Below, piece by piece: positions 26,733 through 35,644 of a DNA stretch of 64,000 bases. The translations under genes and the position numbers were made by a program. This DNA is from a virus (taxonomy: Duplodnaviria > Heunggongvirae > Uroviricota > Caudoviricetes). The stretch lies in the IMG/VR virus record IMGVR_UViG_2832442593_000001, positions 88,020 to 152,019 of that record; one strand, written 5' to 3'. The first letter of the stretch is position 1, and each line of letters starts with the position of its first letter. The notes under the pieces are model-generated. The model saw only the letters and a list, made by a program, of their open reading frames with translations. It ran no database searches and had not been told where the DNA came from.

Positions 26733-27002
26733 ATGAAATCTGAATTTGGAGATGCAGTTTTCAACAAAATGGAAAACAGAAATGGTGTTGTCGTAATTGA
26801 ATTTGGATTTTCCAAAAAACGAGAAGAAGCACTCATAATTAGTTATCCAGTAGGCGTCGATTCATGTGATAGATTTTCACAATCAAAAGCGAATCTTCTT
26901 TTATTGAACGAAAAAGGTCATCTTTCCATGCATTATGAGCTTTGTCTTAAAGAAGCAGAGTTCAAAAATCTTATGAATCTCGTGGCAAGAGAGGTGAATT
27001 AA
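26733..27002 (+). CDS. Hypothetical protein
   Basis: ORF track; GAGGTGAG RBS. Confidence 0.55.
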   Translation: MKSEFGDAVFNKMENRNGVVVIEFGFSKKREEALIISYPVGVDSCDRFSQSKANLLLLNEKGHLSMHYELCLKEAEFKNLMNLVAREVN

Positions 27003-27003
27003 A

Positions 27004-27372
27004 GTGGACTTTCATGTAGGTGAGTATGTAGAACTTCTCACCGGAGAGTGTGGCTATATTAGCGATGTGAGTTCATTCCTTGATATCACAGCTGAGTTGG
27101 GGATGGTGCTTACAATCAGCCTGATTTTTCCGGAGAGTATGAAGGGTACCGAGATAAAGGTAAAGGTCAAACACAACGAATCGGTTTACGACCGTTTTGC
27201 TCAAATCGGTTGCAGTAGGTTTCCAAAAGCAAAAGTTCCTTGCGAACCGATTAAGACGATTAACCTCGCCGGAGTTTTTCTCACCGCGACCGAGCGCATG
27301 CTCGTGCTGAAGGTAGACGAATTGGTAAGAGCAGTCAACAAAATCAACGAAAAATTAGATAAGGAGCGATAA
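27004..27372 (+). CDS. Hypothetical protein (GTG start)
   Basis: ORF track; GAGAGGTG RBS 8 nt upstream of the GTG. Confidence 0.5.
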   Translation: MDFHVGEYVELLTGECGYISDVSSFLDITAELGMVLTISLIFPESMKGTEIKVKVKHNESVYDRFAQIGCSRFPKAKVPCEPIKTINLAGVFLTATERMLVLKVDELVRAVNKINEKLDKER

Positions 27373-27374
27373 AA

Positions 27375-28016
27375 ATGGCAGAGAAGAAACCCACGTTCTA
27401 CATGATGGTCGGCGTGCCGGGTTCCGGCAAAACCACCTACGCCCGCCAGATTCCGAATGCAACCGTACTCTCCAGTAACGATATCCGCGCTGAGATCGGA
27501 GCAGACAGCAGCGACAAGAAAATGCACAAGCAGGTCTTTACTATCCTGCATGAGCGCGTAAAGGAATCGCTCTCCGCTGGCAATGATGTTGTGTATGACG
27601 CAACAAACCTTCGTCACACACGTCGCGCCGAGTTTCTGAGCGAGATTAAGGGACTGGCCGGTCACACGGTTTGCGTTTACTTTGCAATCCCGCTGGAGCA
27701 GGCGCTGTCACAGAACACCGACCGTGATATGCCGGTTCCGGAAGAGGTCATCAAGCGCATGAGTCGGGAGCTGTGTGAGCCGAGGATCGATGAGGGTTGG
27801 GATGAAATCAAAGTCATCCGCAGCCTGCCGGAACGAAGAATCGACCGTATCCGCAAGATGACCGTAAAGGAATATGCCGAGTTCGTCTTCAACAATCGAA
27901 TCATGCAGGGTATGATTACCGGATTGACAAAAATTGATATGACAACAGAAGATCTGTTTGTCCAGCGATATGCTGACTGGCTGAACAGTCCGGGTGAGGT
28001 CAACTATGTTTTTTGA
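27375..28016 (+). CDS. AAA_33-type P-loop kinase (polynucleotide-kinase-like kinase domain)
   Basis: MAEKKPTFYMMVGVPGSGKTTYARQ Walker A in a layout like the T4 Pnk kinase domain. GGAGCGA RBS. Confidence 0.55.
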   Translation: MAEKKPTFYMMVGVPGSGKTTYARQIPNATVLSSNDIRAEIGADSSDKKMHKQVFTILHERVKESLSAGNDVVYDATNLRHTRRAEFLSEIKGLAGHTVCVYFAIPLEQALSQNTDRDMPVPEEVIKRMSRELCEPRIDEGWDEIKVIRSLPERRIDRIRKMTVKEYAEFVFNNRIMQGMITGLTKIDMTTEDLFVQRYADWLNSPGEVNYVF

Positions 28017-28266
28017 TCTCGGAGAAACCTACAGCGTCATCATTGAACAGTACATCGGAAATACATTGGTCAGCCGTCAGCAGACAGCCGCACCGAAAGA
28101 ATTCCTGATGATGCAGTTTATGGGGTTCTGTGAGGAAGCCTCTCGTCAGCCGCAGCCAATCAAGCTGAGAATGGTTCGCTATGAAGAGGAATGGAATCAG
28201 CTTGAACAGCAGGTAAAGCGACTTGAGTTCAGTATTGAATTCCGCAATAACAGATTCGGAGGCTGA
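28007..28266 (+). CDS. Hypothetical protein
   Basis: ORF is open from 27994; first ATG at 28007. Confidence 0.45.
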
Positions 28267-28372
28267 TTATGAGAAGACAAATGTTAAATCGACTGGGCGA
28301 CATCGCCGCAGGGATGCTCTTCGGTGCAGTAATGCTCATTCCGGCGTTCCTTTACGTTTGGGGTTACGGTGT

Positions 28373-28684
28373 ATGAGTTCATTTAAGGTTGGCGATCAGG
28401 TATGGGTTCCGCACGCGGTATATATGGCGTGGGAACCCAGCCTTACGAAAGTAAAAAGAATCGAGATCGACCCATATGGCAACCCGCACTACGTTGTTGA
28501 CTTACTGTTCCAGCGCTCTGCGCTCAGAGAGGAACTGCATCCAGAGGAATGTAAGTTCTTAGAGAACCGGGTTTTCGCTGATTATCCGTCCTGTGAGAAG
28601 TTCGTCAAAGAGTATTACTACGACGGCTTGTGCCATGGATGCCATTACGAAGACCAGTGCGGTCATATCTGGATGTGTCAGTAA
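28373..28684 (+). CDS. Hypothetical Cys/His-rich protein
   Basis: In-frame ATG at 28373 inside the 28223 ORF. Preceded by a 35-aa membrane mini-ORF at 28269-28376. Confidence 0.45.
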   Translation: MSSFKVGDQVWVPHAVYMAWEPSLTKVKRIEIDPYGNPHYVVDLLFQRSALREELHPEECKFLENRVFADYPSCEKFVKEYYYDGLCHGCHYEDQCGHIWMCQ

Positions 28685-28759
28685 TGCGAATACGCAAAGT
28701 GGACTCATGACAAATATGGTCACAAAGCCGCTCAGGTCTGCGCTCGAAACGAAATACAA

Positions 28760-29224
28760 GTGTCTACAGATACGATCCGAAACGGTCAAGAGTGTTGTAG
28801 GTATTTTAAGCCGATTCTGCCGCAGGACAAAGAAGCCTACCAGTCGTGGGAGCATTACGAAGATGTTCTCCGGAACTGCGAGTTCAACCAAAAATGTGAG
28901 CACCATAAGAACTCCACTCACAAAACCTGTTCCTATGAGTATTGGCTAAGTATGTTGCTCCGCATTCCATGTTCCTTTGAGTACAAGGATAGAAAAGTAA
29001 AGGCTGTCATCGTTCCAAGAAATCTCTGGATTGACCAGACATTCAAGAACGGCAACAACGTGCAGTGCCACGGCCTGATTTTTGAGCCAATTCTCACGAA
29101 GAAGGGTCTAAAGAAGAAAGGCATCGAAAATTATGAATCGTTTGAATGCCTCAAAACAGTCAACATTTCGACCGGAGAAATCCAAGCTCCCGGCGAAATA
29201 ACGAAAGATAAAAGTCAAGTTTGA
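28760..29224 (+). CDS. Hypothetical Cys/His-rich protein; in frame with, and separated by TGA from, the downstream methyltransferase fragment
   Basis: ORF track; no MTase motifs recognised. Confidence 0.45.
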   Translation: MSTDTIRNGQECCRYFKPILPQDKEAYQSWEHYEDVLRNCEFNQKCEHHKNSTHKTCSYEYWLSMLLRIPCSFEYKDRKVKAVIVPRNLWIDQTFKNGNNVQCHGLIFEPILTKKGLKKKGIENYESFECLKTVNISTGEIQAPGEITKDKSQV

Positions 29225-30410
29225 GAGGAGAACGAGTTTACGAAACATCTGGGAGATATCACAAAGATAAACGGCCGCGAAGTTCCGGTCGTTGATTGCG
29301 TCATCGGCGGCAGTCCTTGCCAAGATGTTAGTATCGCAGGATCTAAAGCGGGATTTGAGGGGAAACGATCAGTTCTTTTCTTCGAACAGACACGACTTGT
29401 AAGAGAAATGAGGGAACACAGTGAAGCAGCTTCAGGGACAGCAAGTCCTCGATACATGGTATGGGAAAACGTCGTCGGAGCTTTTAGCAGCCACAAAGGA
29501 GAAGATTTCCGCCGAGTCCTCGAAGAAATCGCGAGGATCGTCGAACCAAATGCCGTTATTCCTGAACCTCCGAAGGGCAAATGGAGAACTGCCGGATGCG
29601 TCATGGGAGACGGATGGAGTATCGCTTGGCGCGTACTCAATGCACAGTTTTGGGGAGTCCCCCAGAGTCGCCGTAGAATCGCACTTGTCGCAGATTTTGG
29701 AGGAGAATCCGCTCCCGAGGTACTTTTTGAGCGCGAAAGCGTGTCAGGGAATTCTGAAGAGAGCAGAGCGAAACAAGAAGGAGCTTCCGGAGTATCTGCG
29801 GTTAGCGTTGGAGATCCAGTCGAGGACTGCATAATCCTTGATATGACGCACGCCTGTGATGTCATCAGAGAATGCGGTCAGCATGTGCCGACACTCCAAG
29901 CCCGCATGGGAACAGGCGGAAACCAAATCCCGCTTTTGTTCCGGCCGGTTTGCGTAGGAAATGGACAGGCAGCCAGTGCGACACATCTCACGTCAGATGT
30001 GTGCCGGACATTGAACTGCATGCATGACCCAATGGCGGTGATGGAAGTAAAGCCCGACAGGGATAAATTCATTCGACGGCTGACGCCACTTGAATGTGAA
30101 AGACTGCAGGGATTTCCGGACAACTGGACTGACATCGGAGAATGGACAGGCTCAAATGGGGAAGGGACATAAGGAGAGCGCAAACACGGGACGATACAAA
30201 GCGATGGGGAATTCTATCGCACTGCCGCCCTGGCGATGGGTACTTAGCAGACTGTATAAACAGTTCGGCCGACCGGCAACGATGGCAAGCCTGTTCGATG
30301 GAGTCGGAGGTTTCCCGTTGATTTGGAATGAACTCGGTGGCGAAACCATTTGGGCAAGTGAAATCGAAGAGTTTCCAATCGCGGTCACGAAACGGAGATT
30401 TGGCGAGTGA
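29225..30410 (+). pseudogene. C5 cytosine DNA methyltransferase, scrambled/disrupted: motifs IV (PCQ), VI (ENV), VIII (QxRxR) and IX in one frame, motif X then motifs I (LFDGVGGF) and II (ASEIE) in another
   Basis: GGSPCQDVSIAG...MVWENVVG...QFWGVPQSRRR...RLTPLECERLQGFPDNWT in frame 2 (29225-30172). YKAMGNSIALP...MASLFDGVGGFPLIWNELGGETIWASEIEEF in frame 0 (30090-30410). Upstream in-frame TGA at 29222; frameshift near 30150. Confidence 0.55.
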
Positions 30411-30437
30411 AACGAATGGTGAAGGACGGAGCGTGCA

Positions 30438-31106
30438 ATGAAAACTTACACGGAAGCAGAATTGAATGAAATTTTAAGAAATCATAAACATTGGATTCTG
30501 AAGAATATAGATGGTTGGAAAGAGATGAGAGCAGACTTGCGCGGAGCAAGCCTGTGTGGAGCAGACTTGCGCGGAGCAGACTTGCGCGGAGCAAACCTGT
30601 GTGGAGCAGACTTGCGCGGAGCAGACTTGCGCGGAGCAAACCTGCGCGAAGTGAAACTGTGCGGAGCAAACCTGTGCATAGCAGACCTGCGCAGAGCAGA
30701 CCTGTGCGAAGCGGACCTGTACGGAGCGAACCTGTACGGAGCAGACCTGTGCGGAGCAAAAAATATACCTTTTATTCCGATGACTTGTCCAGATATAGGA
30801 ACTTTTGTCTCATGGAAAAAGGCAAACGGACACATTGTTAAGTTGGAGATTCCAGAGGATGCCCGTCGAAGTTCCGCAACGGGAAGAAAGTGCCGATGCG
30901 ATAAAGCGAAAGTGATAGAGATTCAGGAATTAGATGGTTCACCATCTGAATTAACGGAAGTCGCAAGTGGATATGACCGCAATTTTGTTTACCGTGTAGG
31001 CGAAATTGCGGAAGAGCCTAAATACGATGAAGATCGTTGGAATGAATGTGCGCCGGGTATTCATTTTTTCATCAATCGTCAGGAAGCAGTGGATTACAGT
31101 GGTTAA
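30438..31106 (+). CDS. Pentapeptide-repeat protein
   Basis: ADLRGASLCGADLRGADLRGANLCGADLRGADLRGANL... tandem A(D/N)LxG repeats. Confidence 0.8.
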   Translation: MKTYTEAELNEILRNHKHWILKNIDGWKEMRADLRGASLCGADLRGADLRGANLCGADLRGADLRGANLREVKLCGANLCIADLRRADLCEADLYGANLYGADLCGAKNIPFIPMTCPDIGTFVSWKKANGHIVKLEIPEDARRSSATGRKCRCDKAKVIEIQELDGSPSELTEVASGYDRNFVYRVGEIAEEPKYDEDRWNECAPGIHFFINRQEAVDYSG

Positions 31107-31152
31107 TAGAAATCACACGAAAACTTGTCGGTGCGAGGAATGGGAGGAAAAC

Positions 31153-31339
31153 GATGTGGAGTGAAAACTGTAATTGGGCAAACAGGACAAAGGGAATTTG
31201 CCCATTCTCGCTGGCAGACAAGGATAAAAGATTTTCTGCCGAGTGTGTGCACGAGAACTGCGCGTGGTATTCCACAGAACGCGGAGAATGCGCCGTAAAG
31301 GTTATTGCGAGACAGGAGGAAGACGATGGCGATAAGTAA
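31153..31339 (+). CDS. Small Cys-rich protein
   Basis: GGGAGGAAAA RBS before the ATG at 31153. Confidence 0.45.
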
Positions 31340-31718
31340 GAAAATCCGCGAAGAAGTATACCGCAAATACGACGGGCACTGTGCTTATTGCGGCAGAGAG
31401 ATTGCATACAAAGATATGCAAGTGGATCATTTTCTCCCACTGAGGGCATGGGGAATTGAAGATGCGGGGACAGATGATATTTCGAATCTCATGCCGTCCT
31501 GTCGAATGTGCAATCATTACAAGCGAGCCCATACGCTGGAAACATTCCGGCGCTACATCGCGGAAATTCCGAGAAAGCTGCGCGAAAATTACATCTATAA
31601 GGTTGGCGTAGTTTACGGGAATGTGATCGAGAATGAAAAGCCGATTGAGTTTTACTTTGAGAAGCAGAAAAGTGCAACTCATTTGGAAAAGGGGTGCGAA
31701 AATGGGTGGATACATTAA
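31326..31718 (+). CDS. HNH endonuclease
   Basis: HCAYCGREIAYKDMQVDHFLP...SNLMPSCRMCNHYK HNH motif. CAGGAGGAAG RBS. Confidence 0.75.
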   Translation: MAISKKIREEVYRKYDGHCAYCGREIAYKDMQVDHFLPLRAWGIEDAGTDDISNLMPSCRMCNHYKRAHTLETFRRYIAEIPRKLRENYIYKVGVVYGNVIENEKPIEFYFEKQKSATHLEKGCENGWIH

Positions 31719-31983
31719 GCGGGATACTGCCATAAGAGCGGTGATGGCGGCGAAATGGGTGGACGGTTCCGACGGTGCCATGGCAATGGAGATTGTTGCC
31801 TCGCCGCCCGCCGCCGATGTTGCGCCGGTGGTGCATGGGCGGTGGGAGCGAGATGCGGACGGTGATTGGTATTGTACAAACTGCGACGAAGTTGTTGCTA
31901 TCTGCGAAAGTGGCAGAGAACGAACTTATCGCAAGCCGTACTGCCCCAACTGCGGGGCAAAGATGGACGGAGGTGCAGAATAA
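31702..31983 (+). CDS. Hypothetical protein with C-terminal zinc ribbon
   Basis: AAGGGGTG RBS before the ATG at 31702. CTNCDE...CPNCG. Confidence 0.5.
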   Translation: MGGYIKRDTAIRAVMAAKWVDGSDGAMAMEIVASPPAADVAPVVHGRWERDADGDWYCTNCDEVVAICESGRERTYRKPYCPNCGAKMDGGAE

Positions 31984-32117
31984 TGCGGAATCCGTGCAAG
32001 GACTGCATCTATTACCACAAAGAGAATAAAACTTGCCAGTCGAAGAAATGCGCTACTTATGGCGACGGAAAAGTATCTTGGATTGATAGATTGTTTTGTT
32101 CTCCGTGTAAAAATTGA
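31983..32117 (+). CDS. Small zinc-ribbon protein (44 aa)
   Basis: ATG overlaps the upstream stop. CKDC...CSPC. Confidence 0.35.
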   Translation: MRNPCKDCIYYHKENKTCQSKKCATYGDGKVSWIDRLFCSPCKN

Positions 32118-32130
32118 GGAGAGGCGGACA

Positions 32131-32301
32131 ATGGATTTAGCAAACAAGCATTTGGCGGCCGGGTTAATCTGTGAAAAGATGTTTGATCCGATTGAGACAA
32201 CGTGCGATCTGTCACTTTTCTCTGCTGATGAGTGCCGTTTGATTGAGACAATCGTACAAAGCATTATGAAGAATATGGACGGAGATGCAGACAATGGCTG
32301 A
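32131..32301 (+). CDS. Small hypothetical protein
   Basis: GAGGAGAGG RBS. Ends at the ...DNG* junction motif. Confidence 0.45.
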   Translation: MDLANKHLAAGLICEKMFDPIETTCDLSLFSADECRLIETIVQSIMKNMDGDADNG

Positions 32302-32539
32302 GGTGATTGGGCAGAAAACCGTTAAAACACGGAAAGACCATGTGTGCTTTGGCTGCGGTCGAAAATTTCCCAGTGGAACTTCGATGGAACGCAGTTGTGT
32401 AATTGATAACGGTCTGTGGAGTTGTTATCTTTGTCCTACTTGCCAAGAAATTACCGTTTCGCTGAAATACGGCGATGAATATGGATTCGGTGATTTAAGA
32501 GAATACGCTTTGGAAAAGGAAGGTGCTAACAATGGCTGA
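32294..32539 (+). CDS. Zinc-ribbon protein
   Basis: CFGCGRKF...CYLCPTC. Shares the junction motif ACAATGGCTGA. Confidence 0.5.
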   Translation: MAEVIGQKTVKTRKDHVCFGCGRKFPSGTSMERSCVIDNGLWSCYLCPTCQEITVSLKYGDEYGFGDLREYALEKEGANNG

Positions 32540-32699
32540 ACTGAAACCTTGCCCGTTCTGCGGGAGCAACAGAATCTCGGTGGAATACCTATATTTTAGA
32601 CCTTATATCCTTTGCGAGAAGTGTCACGCACAAATCCCTTGCTATAACACCTATCCAAAGGCAAAAGAAGCATGGAACAGGAGGGCAGACAATGGCTGA
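32532..32699 (+). CDS. Lar-family restriction-alleviation protein
   Basis: MAELKPCPFCGSNRISVEY...CEKCHAQIPCYNTYPKAKEAWNRR matches the Lar pattern. Confidence 0.6.
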   Translation: MAELKPCPFCGSNRISVEYLYFRPYILCEKCHAQIPCYNTYPKAKEAWNRRADNG

Positions 32700-32979
32700 A
32701 TACATTGCGAGAGAAGTATTACTTGCACAACTCAGAGCAATAGAATCATACAACGCCTCGCCTATGTACCGGCGCGGATATGATGATTGCGTTGAAGCTA
32801 TTCTGAAAACGCCTGCCGCCGATGTTGTATCGGTGGTGCGTTGCAAAGACTGCAAGTACGCACTTATCAATCCGTCAGGTGCTATACTTTGTTCTTCAAG
32901 TATGCAGATGAAGAAGCAAGATGGCTTTTGCGACTATGGTGATATAAATGACGGAGGTGTGGATATTGAAATTGATTAA
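32692..32979 (+). CDS. Hypothetical Cys-containing protein
   Basis: ORF track; starts at the third ACAATGGCTGA junction. Confidence 0.5.
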   Translation: MAEYIAREVLLAQLRAIESYNASPMYRRGYDDCVEAILKTPAADVVSVVRCKDCKYALINPSGAILCSSSMQMKKQDGFCDYGDINDGGVDIEID

Positions 32980-33358
32980 CTACGAGGAATATAAGAACAA
33001 GTTATTGGAAGTCAGAGACAGCATTCCACTGACTGTTCCTGCCGCATCGTATGAACTTATGCTCGAAAAACCGTATACGCATGGTATGTCGATGCGTGGG
33101 GGTATCCGTAAGGCTTTGAAGTGTTTGGAGCAATGCCAAAATGTTTCTGATGTTGTGCTAGCTTCACAGGAGAGAACCTACAAACATCTTTTAGGTGCTC
33201 TGCTTGAAGATATTCAAAGCCTTGAAACCACGCTTAACGATGCGTGTTGTATGTGCACTGGGATTGAATGCACTGAATGCAACTTATGCCATTTTAGGGA
33301 TGAATTAGAAGCTATACTCGACCGAGCAACCGAGAGAAAGAAACGACTTACGGACTGA
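32948..33358 (+). CDS. Hypothetical protein
   Basis: ORF track; weak RBS. Confidence 0.45.
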   Translation: MTEVWILKLINYEEYKNKLLEVRDSIPLTVPAASYELMLEKPYTHGMSMRGGIRKALKCLEQCQNVSDVVLASQERTYKHLLGALLEDIQSLETTLNDACCMCTGIECTECNLCHFRDELEAILDRATERKKRLTD

Positions 33359-33558
33359 AATGTTTATTTGACGGAGGACAACCAATGATCCTTGACTAAG
33401 CCATCCGTCTCATCGACCCAGCCACCACAACTGAGGAGCTCGAAAGAATCTATGCTTACGGAGGCTTCCACGGCAACGAAGTAACAGACGCTGCTATCAA
33501 CGAGGCGATACGAATTGCTTTGGAAGTTATGAGATACTGCTATAAGGAGAAATCAAAA

Positions 33559-33801
33559 ATGACGTTAACTGAGTTTTGCGAAATGGCTGGCGGCCAGTTC
33601 AAAGCGATAACTATCAATGTTTTCGATGGGAAAGGTGAACGACTCAGATATTATGCAACAGGGGACTCCAAGTGTCTGGAATTCACTATTTCTAACACCT
33701 CAAATCCAAGCTCATTTTTGCGAAACGAGTACGCATCCGCTAAAGTAGAGCAGTTTTATGCAATTGACAGCGATGTATTCGATGTGGTACTCGCAAAGTG
33801 A
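33559..33801 (+). CDS. Hypothetical protein
   Basis: AAGGAGAAA RBS before the ATG at 33559. The frame is open from 33400. Confidence 0.5.
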   Translation: MTLTEFCEMAGGQFKAITINVFDGKGERLRYYATGDSKCLEFTISNTSNPSSFLRNEYASAKVEQFYAIDSDVFDVVLAK

Positions 33802-33842
33802 ATTGGCCACCAGACAAACCAAATTTCTAAGGAGAAACAAAA

Positions 33843-34019
33843 TTGAATCCAGTATTCTATGCGCTTTGTATCATCGTCGGGGTGTTTATCTGGGCCTGCT
33901 GCGCTTTTATGTTTAAGAAGCTCGGCAGTGTTTTGACAAGCATTTTCGGCGATGCGATAAAGGAAATGTCCGATGAGGACGAAGAAAACAAAAACAAAGG
34001 AGAAGACAAACATGAGTAA
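33843..34019 (+). CDS. Small membrane protein (TTG start)
   Basis: AAGGAGAAA RBS 8 nt upstream of the TTG. Hydrophobic N-terminus. Confidence 0.4.
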   Translation: MNPVFYALCIIVGVFIWACCAFMFKKLGSVLTSIFGDAIKEMSDEDEENKNKGEDKHE

Positions 34020-34872
34020 AGGTGCAATCGGCGGCGTCGTTCTGGCAGCCGCTCTGGTGTTCGGCGGTATCGGAGCTTTCGTGTGTACAGAACGAATCCC
34101 GACCGGCTACGTCGGTGTCGTTTACAGTATGAACGGCGGCGTACAGGACGAGGTTCTCACACAGGGCTTCCATGTCGTAAGTCCGACCAAGAAGGTAAAG
34201 AGATTCACCGTCGGCAATGAGCAGCTCGTTCTGACCAAGGACTCTCGCGACGGCAGCGAGGGCGACGATTCCTTTAACGTAGCGACGGCAGATAACGCCA
34301 ACATCAATATCAGCTTCCAGATGTCTTACCGCTTTAAGCAGGACGAGGTTGTTGACACCTATAAGAAGTTCCGCGGTATGGACGGCGAGGACATCGTGAA
34401 CAACCGCGTTCGCACGATTCTGAAATCTAAGATTTCCGAGGTCACGACCGATTACACCATGATGGATATCTATTCCGGTGACCGTGCGAAGATCAACACC
34501 CAGCTGACGGAGGCTCTTTCCGAGAAGCTCGGTGACGAGTTCGGTATCGATGTTATCGACGCCTCTATCATCGACGTACATCCGGATGAGCAGCTACAGC
34601 AGACCATCAACGACCGTGTAACGGCGATGCAGAAGAAGCAGCAGGCCGAGGCGGAGCAGGAAACCATCAAGGTACAGAACCAGACAAAGATTCTGGAAGC
34701 ACAGGCTGACGCACAGGCCAAGCAGATTGCCGCGGAGGCAGAAGCAAAGGCAAACTCGACGATTTCTGCTTCTCTGACCGATAAGCTGCTCAAGAAAATG
34801 GAAATGGAAGCCCGCGAGAAGCATGGCTGGGTCACCGTTCAGGGCGGCACTGTAGTCACGGACACCAAGTAA
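34012..34872 (+). CDS. SPFH/Band-7 domain protein (stomatin/prohibitin-like) with Q/A/E-rich coiled-coil tail
   Basis: TM segment then GYVGVVYSMNGGVQDEVLTQGFHVVSP. AAGGAGAAG RBS. Confidence 0.65.
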   Translation: MSKGAIGGVVLAAALVFGGIGAFVCTERIPTGYVGVVYSMNGGVQDEVLTQGFHVVSPTKKVKRFTVGNEQLVLTKDSRDGSEGDDSFNVATADNANINISFQMSYRFKQDEVVDTYKKFRGMDGEDIVNNRVRTILKSKISEVTTDYTMMDIYSGDRAKINTQLTEALSEKLGDEFGIDVIDASIIDVHPDEQLQQTINDRVTAMQKKQQAEAEQETIKVQNQTKILEAQADAQAKQIAAEAEAKANSTISASLTDKLLKKMEMEAREKHGWVTVQGGTVVTDTK

Positions 34873-34895
34873 AAATTTTTTTGAAAAATTTTCAG

Positions 34896-34941
34896 ATTTC
34901 GCGTCCCAAAAATCGATTTTTTGTATAGTAGTATATGTAGG
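34896..34941 (+). promoter_or_regulatory. Repeated promoter/operator element (ATTTCGCGTCCC-AAAAATCGATTTTT palindrome-TGTATAGTAGTATATGTAGG)
   Basis: Near-identical to the 23314 and 46482 copies. Upstream of the tRNA/rsr region. Confidence 0.55.
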
Positions 34942-35097
34942 CAAAAAACGATGGCAGTGTGGCGACGGCGGGAAAGACCGCTGACAGCCGGGAAAGACCG
35001 GCGATATATGAGGAGCGTCCGGTGACAGAATTATGGTGCGACGGGCGGGCGCACGAACAGCAAATACATACAAAAAACTTTCTGCAAAAAAGTTTCT

Positions 35098-35122
35098 CGC
35101 GGTTCGACTCCGCGGCTCCCCA
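35098..35122 (+). ncRNA. Orphan tRNA 3' half (T arm CGCGG-TTCGACT-CCGCG + acceptor 3' strand GCTCCCC)
   Basis: No complementary 5' acceptor strand nearby. Confidence 0.3.
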
Positions 35123-35143
35123 AAATTCCGCCAACTGAATATG

Positions 35144-35259
35144 CCCGGTGTAGCTCAATCGGATAGAGCGCGTAATATGTGAGCTGATAAGTTCGCTGAC
35201 AGCAAATTTCTTTTAGATTTGAAATCTCGAGGTTGTCGGTTCGAATCCGGCCTCCGGGC
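35144..35259 (+). ncRNA. tRNA-like RNA with acceptor, D arm and T arm intact but anticodon arm replaced by ~64-nt insert containing CGCTGACAGCAA motif
   Basis: Acceptor CCCGGTG/CTCCGGG, D GCTC-AATCGGATA-GAGC, T GTCGG-TTCGAAT-CCGGC. No complementary anticodon stem. Confidence 0.5.
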
Positions 35260-35380
35260 ACCTTCTTCTAAGTCACCGAGAAGTAAAAGAGAAAAAGGCG
35301 ACTGAGCCGTGGGTTGACAGCCTACGCAGTTCTGAATCATCAGTTCTTTCGTCTGACAGCTCGGAAAAGACGAGCAACAA

Positions 35381-35457
35381 CGAGGTGTGGCTCAGCTTGG
35401 TAGAGCGCTTGCTTTGGGAGCAAGATGCCGCAGGTTCAAATCCTGTCACCTCGACCA
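35381..35457 (+). tRNA. tRNA-Pro (anticodon TGG), CCA encoded
   Basis: Acceptor CGAGGTG/CACCTCG, D GCTC/GAGC, anticodon loop TTTGGGA, T-loop TTCAAAT. Confidence 0.85.
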
Positions 35458-35563
35458 ATCCTCACCGTGCAGAGGAAATTTTATGTCCGTGAGCAAACTC
35501 CACTCACACACACCGCTTGGCACGGCAAGTGAACCTCCCGCGACTCGTCACCGCGGGAGATCT

Positions 35564-35638
35564 GCAGGTATCTTATAACGGTTAATAGGTCGGATTTCCA
35601 ATCCGAAGATGTGGGTTCGACTCCCATTACCTGCTCCA
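35564..35638 (+). tRNA. tRNA-Gly (anticodon TCC), CCA encoded
   Basis: Acceptor GCAGGTA/TACCTGC, anticodon stem TCGGA/TCCGA, loop TTTCCAA. Confidence 0.85.
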
Positions 35639-35644
35639 TTATAT

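Noticed and set aside
29222-29224. TGA recoding (TGA to Trp) to fuse 28760-29224 with the methyltransferase
   Set aside because: TGA terminates many well-supported genes in this window, including ATGA overlaps, so global TGA reassignment is not supported. A local pseudogene or permutation is more parsimonious.
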